Shown here piece by piece: positions 9,186 to 17,435 of a stretch of DNA of 32,000 nt. The translations under genes and the position numbers were made by a program. The stretch is taken from assembly GCA_003345555.1 (NCBI GenBank), contig PRDJ01000050.1, forward strand, positions 14,302-46,301, given 5' to 3'. Position 1 is the stretch's first letter. Every line of letters begins with the position of its first letter. A model generated the notes under the pieces. That model did not search any database. It saw nothing but the letters and a program-made list of their open reading frames with translations, and was not told the DNA's origin. Source of the stretch: Candidatus Thorarchaeota archaeon. Lineage in GTDB: Archaea; Asgardarchaeota; Thorarchaeia; Thorarchaeales; Thorarchaeaceae.

Positions 9186-9869
9186 TTAGCTCGATGCTTC
9201 AGGCGTTTCTTCAGTCTCGGCCTTTGGACCGCCCCTTCGGAGCCTTGCCCTTCTGGCCCTCACTTCCTCTGGCGCCTTCAACACCTTGCTCTTTCGAATC
9301 TCACATTCGCGAATGGGTGTGATCTTCTTGACCTCTTCCTGAACTTCCTTGGCGAGATCTCCGAGAATCACTTTCTGAACCAATTCATCAAATGTGTGCT
9401 TCTTTGCGTGTCCGACTATGACGTTCTCAATGGCTTTCCTCACAGAGTGCTCTTGGCTAGTCTTCGAGCGAGTTATGGTGAACACAATCACAGAAATCCG
9501 CATCATATAGTCGTCTTTCGTGAGTATGGGCCCAATCCAGTCTATCCTAGATGTGCCTCTTCTGACAAGACCACGCAAATAGTCTGAGCTCCATTCATGA
9601 CCATAGAAGACGGTCTTAGCCTGCTGCCCCACGACTCCCGTTATCTTGAATCGAAGCTTGACGTGAATCTGATCGAAATTGCCGGTAATGTCGTAGAGTG
9701 TGGGCTCCAATGTGCGTCCAATCACCGAGTCCGGAGTCTCCCCTGGCGTGCTGCCAATCTCCTTGTTACCAAAGTACTCTGGTGCCAAGACCTGATACCA
9801 AGCTTTCTCTCTCCACTTGTCTCTTGCTCTTGCTGTAGTGGCTGCTATTTCCTTGGTCTGCGAGGACAC
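9186..9869 (-). CDS. rps3ae: 30S ribosomal protein eS1 (S3Ae)
   Basis: RDKWREKAWYQVLAP, GRTLE.TLYDITG, DYLRGLVRRGTSRID and PIRECEIRKSKVL motifs. Confidence 0.96.
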   Translation of the reverse strand: MSSQTKEIAATTARARDKWREKAWYQVLAPEYFGNKEIGSTPGETPDSVIGRTLEPTLYDITGNFDQIHVKLRFKITGVVGQQAKTVFYGHEWSSDYLRGLVRRGTSRIDWIGPILTKDDYMMRISVIVFTITRSKTSQEHSVRKAIENVIVGHAKKHTFDELVQKVILGDLAKEVQEEVKKITPIRECEIRKSKVLKAPEEVRARRARLRRGGPKAETEETPEASS

Positions 9870-10091
9870 GTCACATCACACTCTTGGTGATATACTCTAG
9901 AATGGTCCGAAGAATCTCAATCCACGCCGTGGTAACGCCACGGTTCCCGCCGTCATCCTACGGTGCTAATAAAAAGGTTGTGACGTGGGTTGAGCCGTTT
10001 CCTTAGTTAGACGCCCTAGTACAGGTCCAAGCCAAAGCTGGTAGCAAACTAAATATCCCGATGCGAACAGTTCTTCGTCGAGGATACTATT

Positions 10092-10259
10092 ATGTCCGAA
10101 GTCACATGCCCGCACTGCGGATCCAAGGATGCTGCGCTCGTAAGGAAAGAAGTAATCGGGGGTGGCAAGCTCAACAGGCGCAAGTGGAGATGTCCACGCT
10201 GCAATCATATTTGGGAGACCGTGACGGATTCAAGCGGCAAGCCGGTCAAGACGAGCTAA
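10092..10259 (+). CDS. Small CPxCG-type zinc-ribbon protein, 55 aa
   Basis: Manual translation, below the ORF-track cutoff: MSEVTCPHCGSKDAALVRKEVIGGGKLNRRKWRCPRCNHIWETVTDSSGKPVKTS. Two CxxC pairs; GAGGA SD-like sequence and an AT-rich promoter-like stretch upstream. Confidence 0.7.
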   Translation: MSEVTCPHCGSKDAALVRKEVIGGGKLNRRKWRCPRCNHIWETVTDSSGKPVKTS

Positions 10260-10403
10260 AGAGTAGATACAAACACACCGTCATTCTTCAGCAACAGTCA
10301 TGTTGCAGTCTAAGAATGTCCGGTATTTCAACACTGACCGAAGTCGAATCAGGACGCGTTCCCAAAATCGTTATATCGTGTAGCTAGCCGATGACCCAGC
10401 AGA

Positions 10404-10517
10404 GCGGAGGTTGCCAAGCTAGGTCAAAGGCGCGAGACCGAGGCGCACGGCCAAGGCGCGATGCTTAGGACCTCGTTCTGTAGAGATTCGCGCGTTCGAA
10501 TCGCGCCCTCCGCACCA
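10404..10517 (+). tRNA. tRNA-Leu(UAG) with a 26-nt intron (10437-10462) at non-canonical position 30/31; CCA encoded
   Basis: Acceptor stem GCGGAGG/CCTCCGC-A-CCA, D-arm GCC...GGC, T-arm GCGCG-TTCGAAT-CGCGC and a long variable arm. Removing 10437-10462 restores a perfect anticodon arm CGAGG-CT-TAG-GA-CCTCG. The junctions form a bulge-helix-bulge with central helix CGCG/CGCG and bulges AG|A and AT|G. Confidence 0.88.
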
Positions 10518-10605
10518 CCTCCCCCCATTGGACATCTTTCTTGTAGCGAACAGGCCGAGACTATCTATCTCAAGCGGCGGAATACTCACTGAAGGTTAGC
10601 ACAGG

Positions 10606-10687
10606 CGCCGAGGACGAGATTCGAACTCGCGAGCCACAAGGGCAACGGTTTTCGAGACCGTCTCCGTAACCACTTGGATACCTCGGC
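10606..10687 (-). tRNA. tRNA-Ser(CGA), intronless; CCA not encoded
   Basis: Reverse complement reads GCCGAGG-TA-TCCAAGTGGTTACGGA-G-ACGGT-CT-CGA-AA-ACCGT-variable arm-GCGAG-TTCGAAT-CTCGT-CCTCGGC-G. Confidence 0.95.
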
Positions 10688-10810
10688 TAGAATACGACGC
10701 GCCTGTCAGGAAGGCGAACCGAAGCACGTCGGGCGAGCTGTGGATTGCACGAGATTTAACATTAACTACGCATCTCGAATCTCCAAGTTCCACAACGTTA
10801 AGTCTCTTGC

Positions 10811-12205
10811 TCAACTAGTAGTCTTGGTACTCTCTTCGACAGCTCTGCGTATCGCGCTCATTGCTATGCCTGCCAGCTTATCGAGGGATGGTTGAGTTCT
10901 TGCCCCTATGTAGACTCTGGCCTTTGGTTCGGTACCCGAGGGTCTTACGAGCAAATACGAACCATCGGTGCACTCGATTCGTATGCCATCAATATCAAGT
11001 ACTCTCTGAACTCCAGTTACTTCTGATAGTAGCATTCTCCGAACGATAGTCATGAATTTCTGTTTCGCATCATCAGGGCATGCTACCTGATCACGCAATA
11101 CGGGATACTCGGGTATTGCGCTCATCAGCCTGATGCAGCTGTTCTGTCCGACTTCTCCAATCATCTGTGCAAAGCGACCAGCTGCTGCAATGCCGTCCAT
11201 CCAGCCGCCCAAGTCCGTGAATATTGCCTTCCACGGCTCTGAAGCAAAGACAATCGACCGCTGCTTGTCTCTTGCTAATTCCTCTTGAAGCGAGCCAAGC
11301 GGCACTCTGGTGACTTTGCCGCCAACTTTCCCGACCACTTCGTCTATGACGCTGGATGTATCAATTGATGTTACTACCGAGCCGCCGCTCTTCCTCTCCA
11401 CCTCGTCCTTGGCAAATAGGGCGATGACCCTGTTTTGGTCCACGAAACTCCCCTTTTCATCGATGACTGCAAGACGGTCTCCATCACCGTCGTGGCAGAA
11501 GGTTGCTGCGAAATCTGAACCTGCACCGACTTTCATAGTATCAATAAGATTGCCCGGTGAGGGCTCTGGCAATCTTCCTGGAAAGTGGCCGTCAGGATGT
11601 GAATTAATAGTAGTCACAGTGATTCCTAGTTCTCTCAGGAGCTCAGGCGTATATCCCGTAGCAGCGCCATTAGCTAAATCTACTAGAATCTTGGTTCGCA
11701 CCGGTTCTCCCCCTCTAGTGCTGAGGAAGCCCTTGATTCTCTTAAGATACGCTTGCTTGATATCTGTCTCCACGATGCTTCCAATCGCAGTCCAACTGGC
11801 AGTACTGAACTCGCGGTTGAAGACACACGTCTCCAGCCTTTCTTCCTCCGACTTGATGAATTCCCGGCCGTCGGTGAAGAACTTGAACCCGTTGTCTGAA
11901 CCTGGATTATGGCTGGCCGTGATGATTACTGACGCGGAGATGCCAGTCAACGTACTCTGGGCGGCCACAGCCGGCATTGGGGCAACTGACAGGTCAACAA
12001 CGCTCGTACCCGTTGACACCAGCCCGGCGACGAAGGCATTTCTGAGGACTTGTCTTGAGGTTCTGGCATCAGTACCCACTGCCACTGTCCCCCTCCCGCT
12101 GAGGACAGTCCCAAGTCCTCGTCCGAGATTGAGGGCCAGATCAACATTCACCTTATCTGCTATACTGCCGCGAATCCCGCTTGTCCCGAACAGCTTCCTT
12201 TCCAA
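10811..12205 (-). CDS. Alpha-D-phosphohexomutase (phosphoglucosamine mutase / PGM-PMM family)
   Basis: LFGTSGIRG, phosphoserine loop TASHNP, metal loop DGDGDR and LLVRPSGTEPKARVY. Substrate specificity is not assignable by eye. Confidence 0.95.
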   Translation of the reverse strand: MERKLFGTSGIRGSIADKVNVDLALNLGRGLGTVLSGRGTVAVGTDARTSRQVLRNAFVAGLVSTGTSVVDLSVAPMPAVAAQSTLTGISASVIITASHNPGSDNGFKFFTDGREFIKSEEERLETCVFNREFSTASWTAIGSIVETDIKQAYLKRIKGFLSTRGGEPVRTKILVDLANGAATGYTPELLRELGITVTTINSHPDGHFPGRLPEPSPGNLIDTMKVGAGSDFAATFCHDGDGDRLAVIDEKGSFVDQNRVIALFAKDEVERKSGGSVVTSIDTSSVIDEVVGKVGGKVTRVPLGSLQEELARDKQRSIVFASEPWKAIFTDLGGWMDGIAAAGRFAQMIGEVGQNSCIRLMSAIPEYPVLRDQVACPDDAKQKFMTIVRRMLLSEVTGVQRVLDIDGIRIECTDGSYLLVRPSGTEPKARVYIGARTQPSLDKLAGIAMSAIRRAVEESTKTTS

Positions 12206-12217
12206 TTCAATGCCTCC

Positions 12218-13198
12218 TCAGCTCTGTGGCAATGCTAAGTCTGCGATGTCTTTCGCGGTCTCGCCGACTCTCAATAGACTGTCCACTACAAACAGATGGT
12301 CTTGCGGATTCTTGTTTTGGCTTCCGATGATATCATCACGCAGCGCCGCCGTATCTGTGATTAGTTTGCCCTCTGCCGTTATTACCCAAGCAACCTTGTC
12401 CGGGTCGAATTTGAAGAGATTGGCCACTGAGACAGAGAGCATCTCCTTCGCCATAGCAGCTATAGGATTGATCTTCCCGACAAGAGATTTCTCAAGTGTA
12501 TGTTTTGTCCTCGCCGCGATATCCGTAGCTAAGTCTGCAATTCTCTCAATGTACTGGGCTGCGAGTCTGAAATCGAGAGCCTCGACAGGAGGCATGCTCA
12601 TTTTCTCTGATATGCTCGGGTACTGGATTGCAGACCTCAATTCACGCACTATCAAGAAGAATAGACGATCCACTTCTTCATCTCTCTGTACAACATCATC
12701 TGCAAGTTCCTTGAGTCCTCCGAAGTAAGCGTCTACTGCGTCATTGAGCATCCTTGAGGCAATAAGATTCATCCTCTTCATCGCTTTGTTAACCGGAAGG
12801 ATAAATGGATCAACAAGACACTGTATCATGACCTGCTGATCATCTTCGTCCGTGACCTCCATCCCCACGAAGCGTTTGATTATCCTCTTTAGCTCCTCTC
12901 TCTGGCTGTTCGTAATTGGCTTTTCACTGACTACTCGAATCTCGTCAAACCCCAGCAGATACGTGCTCGTGATGGCCCACCGCAAGTTGTGCTCCATCTT
13001 GATTGTCGCAGACCTAGTCTCTCCCGCCCTAGGAAACCTAGGATCTATTATAAGGCAGCCATCCTCACGTTCTGCAACGACAACCGGGTCCCCTTTGTTC
13101 AGTTTGTGCCGCAGTATCCATTCCTTTGGAAGTATCACGAGAAAGGAGCTGCCTTCTTTCCCGCCAGTCTGCTGCAGCTTCCTGATGTCATACGGCAT
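12218..13198 (-). CDS. phoU: Phosphate-uptake regulator, archaeal AbrB-PhoU type
   Basis: N-terminal AbrB/SpoVT motif RKLQQTGG..SSFLVILPKEW, plus PhoU motifs RDEEVDRLFFLIVR and AQYIERIADLA. Confidence 0.9.
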   Translation of the reverse strand: MPYDIRKLQQTGGKEGSSFLVILPKEWILRHKLNKGDPVVVAEREDGCLIIDPRFPRAGETRSATIKMEHNLRWAITSTYLLGFDEIRVVSEKPITNSQREELKRIIKRFVGMEVTDEDDQQVMIQCLVDPFILPVNKAMKRMNLIASRMLNDAVDAYFGGLKELADDVVQRDEEVDRLFFLIVRELRSAIQYPSISEKMSMPPVEALDFRLAAQYIERIADLATDIAARTKHTLEKSLVGKINPIAAMAKEMLSVSVANLFKFDPDKVAWVITAEGKLITDTAALRDDIIGSQNKNPQDHLFVVDSLLRVGETAKDIADLALPQS

Positions 13199-13411
13199 TA
13201 GTCACATCCCCGACTGATTCTGTGGTCTTGCGGCTGACTATCTGTTGCAACCTTATTACGCTTCCCGCAGAGAATACAACTGTGGGTTGTCTAGGGTCCC
13301 ACAATACTGGCCACGTGTCTAGATGACTGACTGGTTCTACTTTTCTTCGGAAGAAACTCTTTTGCAATCTTTAAAACGGCTTAATCATGTTCACTCAGAT
13401 GGTGACCAAGC

Positions 13412-15067
13412 TTGTCAGTCCGTCGGGATGTCTTGCAGAGGCTGATCAAATCTGGGTTTCAGGTCACACCAGATGCACTGGAGTACATAATGAACCAAGA
13501 ATCGCCGACTCGGGTTGTAGAATCACTCGTGTCCAAGTGGGGGTCCCAAGAGAAGGGCGGAATACTGCTCTCTCTAGAACACGTGCAGTCCTGTGTCACC
13601 GGCTTAGTCACCTCTCCTGTGAATGGCGAGACAGTCGTCGAAATCATCAAGACCGACAATGAGTCCGCAGTCACGGAAACATTGCAGGAATATGTCTTGC
13701 CGAGCGAAAGCGATAGAGAGTCAATCGAGATACTGAAGAATCCTTCTCCCGCAGCAGTAGGCTCCGCGGGGACCGTGGACGATTTCTTAGCGCTATTCAC
13801 AGACCGGTTTCAACGCATCAAAAGGATGTACATGGCTCGGGTCGACACGCGGGGTGCCGTGTCAATTGATACACTGAAGCAGAAGAAAGATGATACTCGA
13901 CATCAGAAGCGACTGTACAGTGCAGGTGTGCCGGCTGAGCCGCTTCCGAGCTACATGATTATAGGCATGGTGAAGAGCAAGAGCGTATCGCGGTCAGGCA
14001 ACGTAGTAGTCGAGCTCGAGGATGCTGAGGGGTCTGTTGCTTGTGTCATTCCCTCGGGCCGGGCGGGTCCCGAAGGGCGCGATTTGCTTGAGAGTGGCAA
14101 TTCGTTACTTCTTGATGAGGTAGTATGCATTTCGGGTCGTGTCGATCAAGACGGCAGAATGATTGCAAACACCGTTGTCTTTCCTGATATTCCACAGACT
14201 GTCGACCGATTGCGGGCACGACGAGATGTATACGCGGTCTTCATTTCGGATATGCATTATGGTAGCCTTCACTTCTTGGAAGACGAGTTTGACAGATTCA
14301 TAGAATGGATTAGTGGGCGCGATCTACATAGCCCGGCTGACGAGGCGATTGTTGAGAAGACTGAGTATCTTTTCATTGCTGGGGATTTATGCGACGGCGT
14401 AGGTGTATATCCGGGTCAAGAAGAGGACCTAGGCATCAAGAGCATACTTGACCAGTACTCGCGTCTGGCGGATAAGCTGCGTCATGTTCCAGAACGCATC
14501 AAGATTGTCTGTATACCCGGTAACCACGATGCATGTAGGCAAGCATTACCTAGGCCTCCTATCCCCGAGGCCTTCGCAAGCGAGCTCTACAAATTCGGTG
14601 ATAGGATGTTCATGATGGGCGATCCCTGTCAAGTCCGCGTTGAGGGCGTGAATATACTGGTAACGCATGGAGACTCGCTAGATGACTTAACCACCCAGCT
14701 CCCAGGTGTTACCTACGAGAAACCCAATTTGGCGATGAAGGCGCTCCTCAGGAAAAGGCACCTTGCACCTATGTACGGTGGCAAGACAGAGCTGGCTCCA
14801 CTAGCTCGAGATTGGATGGTCATTGATACACCTCCTGACATCGTGCATTTCGGTCATGCTCATCATAATGCTTGTGACAACTACCGAGGAATACAGATCA
14901 TTAACTCGGGCTGTTTCCAGAGACAGACCGATTTCATGAGGAAGCAAGGAATCAAGCCAACACCGGGAATAATTACACTCGTGAATCTGGCGACGCTCAT
15001 GCCGGAGTTGAAATTCTTCTATGACTACGGGGCCCAGCCAAGCGGAGAGAACACAGGCAACCAATGA
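13412..15067 (+). CDS. polB: DNA polymerase D small subunit DP1 (proofreading exonuclease)
   Basis: N-terminal helical domain (GFQVTPDAL), OB region FTDRFQRIK...IGMV...LED, and phosphoesterase motifs FISDMHYGS, AGDLCDG, PGNHDA, THGDSLDD and GHAH. Symbol follows the PolD small-subunit convention (DP1). Confidence 0.96.
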   Translation: MSVRRDVLQRLIKSGFQVTPDALEYIMNQESPTRVVESLVSKWGSQEKGGILLSLEHVQSCVTGLVTSPVNGETVVEIIKTDNESAVTETLQEYVLPSESDRESIEILKNPSPAAVGSAGTVDDFLALFTDRFQRIKRMYMARVDTRGAVSIDTLKQKKDDTRHQKRLYSAGVPAEPLPSYMIIGMVKSKSVSRSGNVVVELEDAEGSVACVIPSGRAGPEGRDLLESGNSLLLDEVVCISGRVDQDGRMIANTVVFPDIPQTVDRLRARRDVYAVFISDMHYGSLHFLEDEFDRFIEWISGRDLHSPADEAIVEKTEYLFIAGDLCDGVGVYPGQEEDLGIKSILDQYSRLADKLRHVPERIKIVCIPGNHDACRQALPRPPIPEAFASELYKFGDRMFMMGDPCQVRVEGVNILVTHGDSLDDLTTQLPGVTYEKPNLAMKALLRKRHLAPMYGGKTELAPLARDWMVIDTPPDIVHFGHAHHNACDNYRGIQIINSGCFQRQTDFMRKQGIKPTPGIITLVNLATLMPELKFFYDYGAQPSGENTGNQ

Positions 15068-15125
15068 AAGCAAAGTGTGCAAGACCGGTATCTGATTGCC
15101 GTGCCTGTTAAGCAACTCCGCTATC

Positions 15126-16373
15126 CTATGCCACCAATTCGCGGGCTATCTTGCTCAATCTGGGGTCTGATTCCATAATACTAGCAATATGCTTCTTGCC
15201 AACTGCCAAACGGATTTTCTTTGTGCGACCGTACCGGCCCTTTGACACCACTGATGTGTTGATCAATCCGAGCATATCGAGTTCACTAATGAGGTCGCTG
15301 ATTCTCCTCTGGGTCAATGTGTCGAGAGAAAGCGATTTGGCTATCTCAGAGTACACATTGAAGCATTCACCTGTGTAGATATCCCGTTGTCCCCTGTCAG
15401 TAAGCACGTATACTGAGAATAAGAGAGCCTTTGACTGCATAGGCAGCGTCTTCAGCGTCTCAGTGATAGTATCACGCTCGATAACCTTCTGCGCCTCACG
15501 CACGTGCTCCTGTGTGACCCTGTCGTCTCCGTTGCGCTCCGCAAGTTCGCCTGCAGTTCTCAGAAGGTCCAGAGCCCTTCGTGCGTCACCGTGCTCCTGT
15601 GCTGCTAGTGCCCCTACGAGGTTTATCACTCCTTCATCCTCGATGATATCATCGTTGAATGCAATCTGTACTCTTTGCTGGAGGATACCCTTCAGCTCCA
15701 CAGCATTGTAGGGCGGGAAAATGACCTCTTCTTCTCCCAGAGTGCTCAGCACTCTTGGGTCGAGCATCTCCTTGAACTTCAAGTCGTTGCTAATGCCGAT
15801 TATAGATATCTTGCTGTTTTCCAGTTCGCTATTCATCCGAGTCAAACCATAGAGAATGTCATTACCTTGAGTAACATCCCGCTTCAATAGACTGTCCACT
15901 TCGTCCAGCACCACAGTGAGTATGTTGGATTCAGAGTCGAGCTTTCTTTTGAGCAGGTCTCTAATCTCATCCGTTGGCAACCCTGTAAACGGAACTTCTG
16001 ATCCATCTGGCATTGTTGCATCTATCTGATCGCATAGGCGCTTGAGCACTCTATAGTTAGTCCCTACTATACGACAATTAACGAAAGCTGTCAGCGGAGA
16101 CCTAACGCCACTCTGGTCAGCCTTCTCTACAAGTAACGACAGAACGTATCGGGCAACTACAGTCTTTCCAGTACCGGTTTTGCCATAGCAGAGGATATTG
16201 GATGGTGGTGCACCTCGCAGGGCAGGCCCAAGAATGGCAGCTATTCTTCTCATCTGCTCCTCTCGATAGGGAATATCATCAGGAACATACGTGGGTCTTA
16301 GTGCACTTCTCTTTCTGAATATGCCCTGACCTTGAAGGAATTTGTCAAAGAGCTTGTCCAAGGGCTTCTCCAA
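15126..16373 (-). CDS. cdc6: Orc1/Cdc6 replication initiator
   Basis: Walker A GKTGTGKT, Walker B VLDEVD, sensor motifs FPPYNA.EL..IL..R and HGDARRALDLLR, and C-terminal wHTH TQRRISDLISELDMLGLI...GRYGRT. Confidence 0.97.
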   Translation of the reverse strand: MEKPLDKLFDKFLQGQGIFRKRSALRPTYVPDDIPYREEQMRRIAAILGPALRGAPPSNILCYGKTGTGKTVVARYVLSLLVEKADQSGVRSPLTAFVNCRIVGTNYRVLKRLCDQIDATMPDGSEVPFTGLPTDEIRDLLKRKLDSESNILTVVLDEVDSLLKRDVTQGNDILYGLTRMNSELENSKISIIGISNDLKFKEMLDPRVLSTLGEEEVIFPPYNAVELKGILQQRVQIAFNDDIIEDEGVINLVGALAAQEHGDARRALDLLRTAGELAERNGDDRVTQEHVREAQKVIERDTITETLKTLPMQSKALLFSVYVLTDRGQRDIYTGECFNVYSEIAKSLSLDTLTQRRISDLISELDMLGLINTSVVSKGRYGRTKKIRLAVGKKHIASIMESDPRLSKIARELVA

Positions 16374-16806
16374 GTCTTATGCTAGCCTCCGCGACAGTTT
16401 ACCTCTCGTTCCGCTGTTTCCGATGGAACCGGTGGAGCGTCTGGAGGACATAAAAGACTAGGTATTACCTAGGAACTCCCTTGCGCTATCTGCAGATACG
16501 ATTTCGTGGCGCTCACGTGGTTCACTCAGAGGGAGTGTGATTAGTTCTCAACACAACTCGAACTTTGTTTTCTTCTCTCCATTTCAGGATGGACCGCGGG
16601 AACACGCAGCACTACTCCGTTCACAGATACAACGCGCAAGACGTGGACTTAAATCATGACGAAACCCCATTACCGTGCGGACCCCTACGACTGCGGTCCA
16701 ATGCATTTCTCTGAAGTGGCGAGCAAATCCGGGATTATTCTTGCCGACGACGTATCAGCTGTCTCCTCCCGAATTGGTGCCCCCTGAGAACTGGAGTGAA
16801 GTATGA
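16374..16806. other. Putative replication origin (oriC) with ORB-like elements
   Basis: 433-bp non-coding gap directly upstream of cdc6. ORB-like GTTCCATCGGAAAC lies on the minus strand at 16416-16429. Related motifs are GTTCACTCAGAGGG (16520-16533, plus) and TTCACTCCAGTTCTCAGGGGG (about 16780-16800, minus). A T/pyrimidine-rich tract lies at about 16561-16583. Confidence 0.55.
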
Positions 16807-17430
16807 ATGCGCTTGAGGGATCTCGAAATGGCTCTGCAATCAATGGAGCGGCTGGATGAACGCGAGGTCAGTCTTGAGAGTTATCCAACTCCCGCGTCGA
16901 TTGCCGCATCGGTCCTGTTCGCCGCTGAGATGGAACACGGTGATATCATAGGCAAGACCGTACTCGATCTCGGATGTGGAGATGGTATCTTCGCAATCGG
17001 CGCGGCATTACTTGGCGCAAGGCACGTTGTCGGGATAGATATCCAAACCAAAGGCTTAAAGGTCTCACAAAGGAACTCGGTTTTGCTCGGGACAGAAGGC
17101 ACAACAGACTGGGTTCTCGGGGACGTCACTTCTGTTGAGGTAACAGAACCCATAGATACTGTGGTGAGCAACCCGCCTTTCGGAGTGAAGAAGAGAGGCG
17201 CGGACCTGAAGTTCCTAGGGAAGGCAGTATCCATAGCTGCTGTGACATACAGTATGCATCTCGCGATAGAGAAGAACCGAGAGTTCCTAAAGGGCGCAAT
17301 AGAGGAACTCAATGGAGAAGTGACACAAATAGAAACTTTCCAGTTCCCGATTCCAAGGATTTATGACTTTCACAAGAAGGAAATGCACTTGGTTGCGGTT
17401 GACCTTTACCGCGTATGCAGAAGGGCGTGA
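16807..17430 (+). CDS. METTL5-like N6-adenine RNA methyltransferase (COG2263)
   Basis: LESYPTPASIAA, SAM-binding VLDLGCGDG, catalytic NPPFG, and conserved position before csl4 and rpo11. Confidence 0.92.
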   Translation: MRLRDLEMALQSMERLDEREVSLESYPTPASIAASVLFAAEMEHGDIIGKTVLDLGCGDGIFAIGAALLGARHVVGIDIQTKGLKVSQRNSVLLGTEGTTDWVLGDVTSVEVTEPIDTVVSNPPFGVKKRGADLKFLGKAVSIAAVTYSMHLAIEKNREFLKGAIEELNGEVTQIETFQFPIPRIYDFHKKEMHLVAVDLYRVCRRA

Positions 17431-17435
17431 CCCAA

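Noticed and set aside
10690-10750. GTCAGGAAGG segment resembling SRP RNA helix 8
   Set aside because: It lacks the full conserved motif, and the gap is far too short for an archaeal 7S RNA.
11310-12728. 472-aa plus-strand ORF
   Set aside because: Antisense shadow of the phosphohexomutase and PhoU genes, which are in the same frame 12 nt apart. It is Ser/Thr/Leu-rich with no motifs.
4480-13297. Identical 11-mer TTGTCTAGGGT in two intergenic inverted repeats (4480-4490 and 13287-13297)
   Set aside because: About one such match is expected by chance across the intergenic DNA, and the flanking genes are functionally unrelated.
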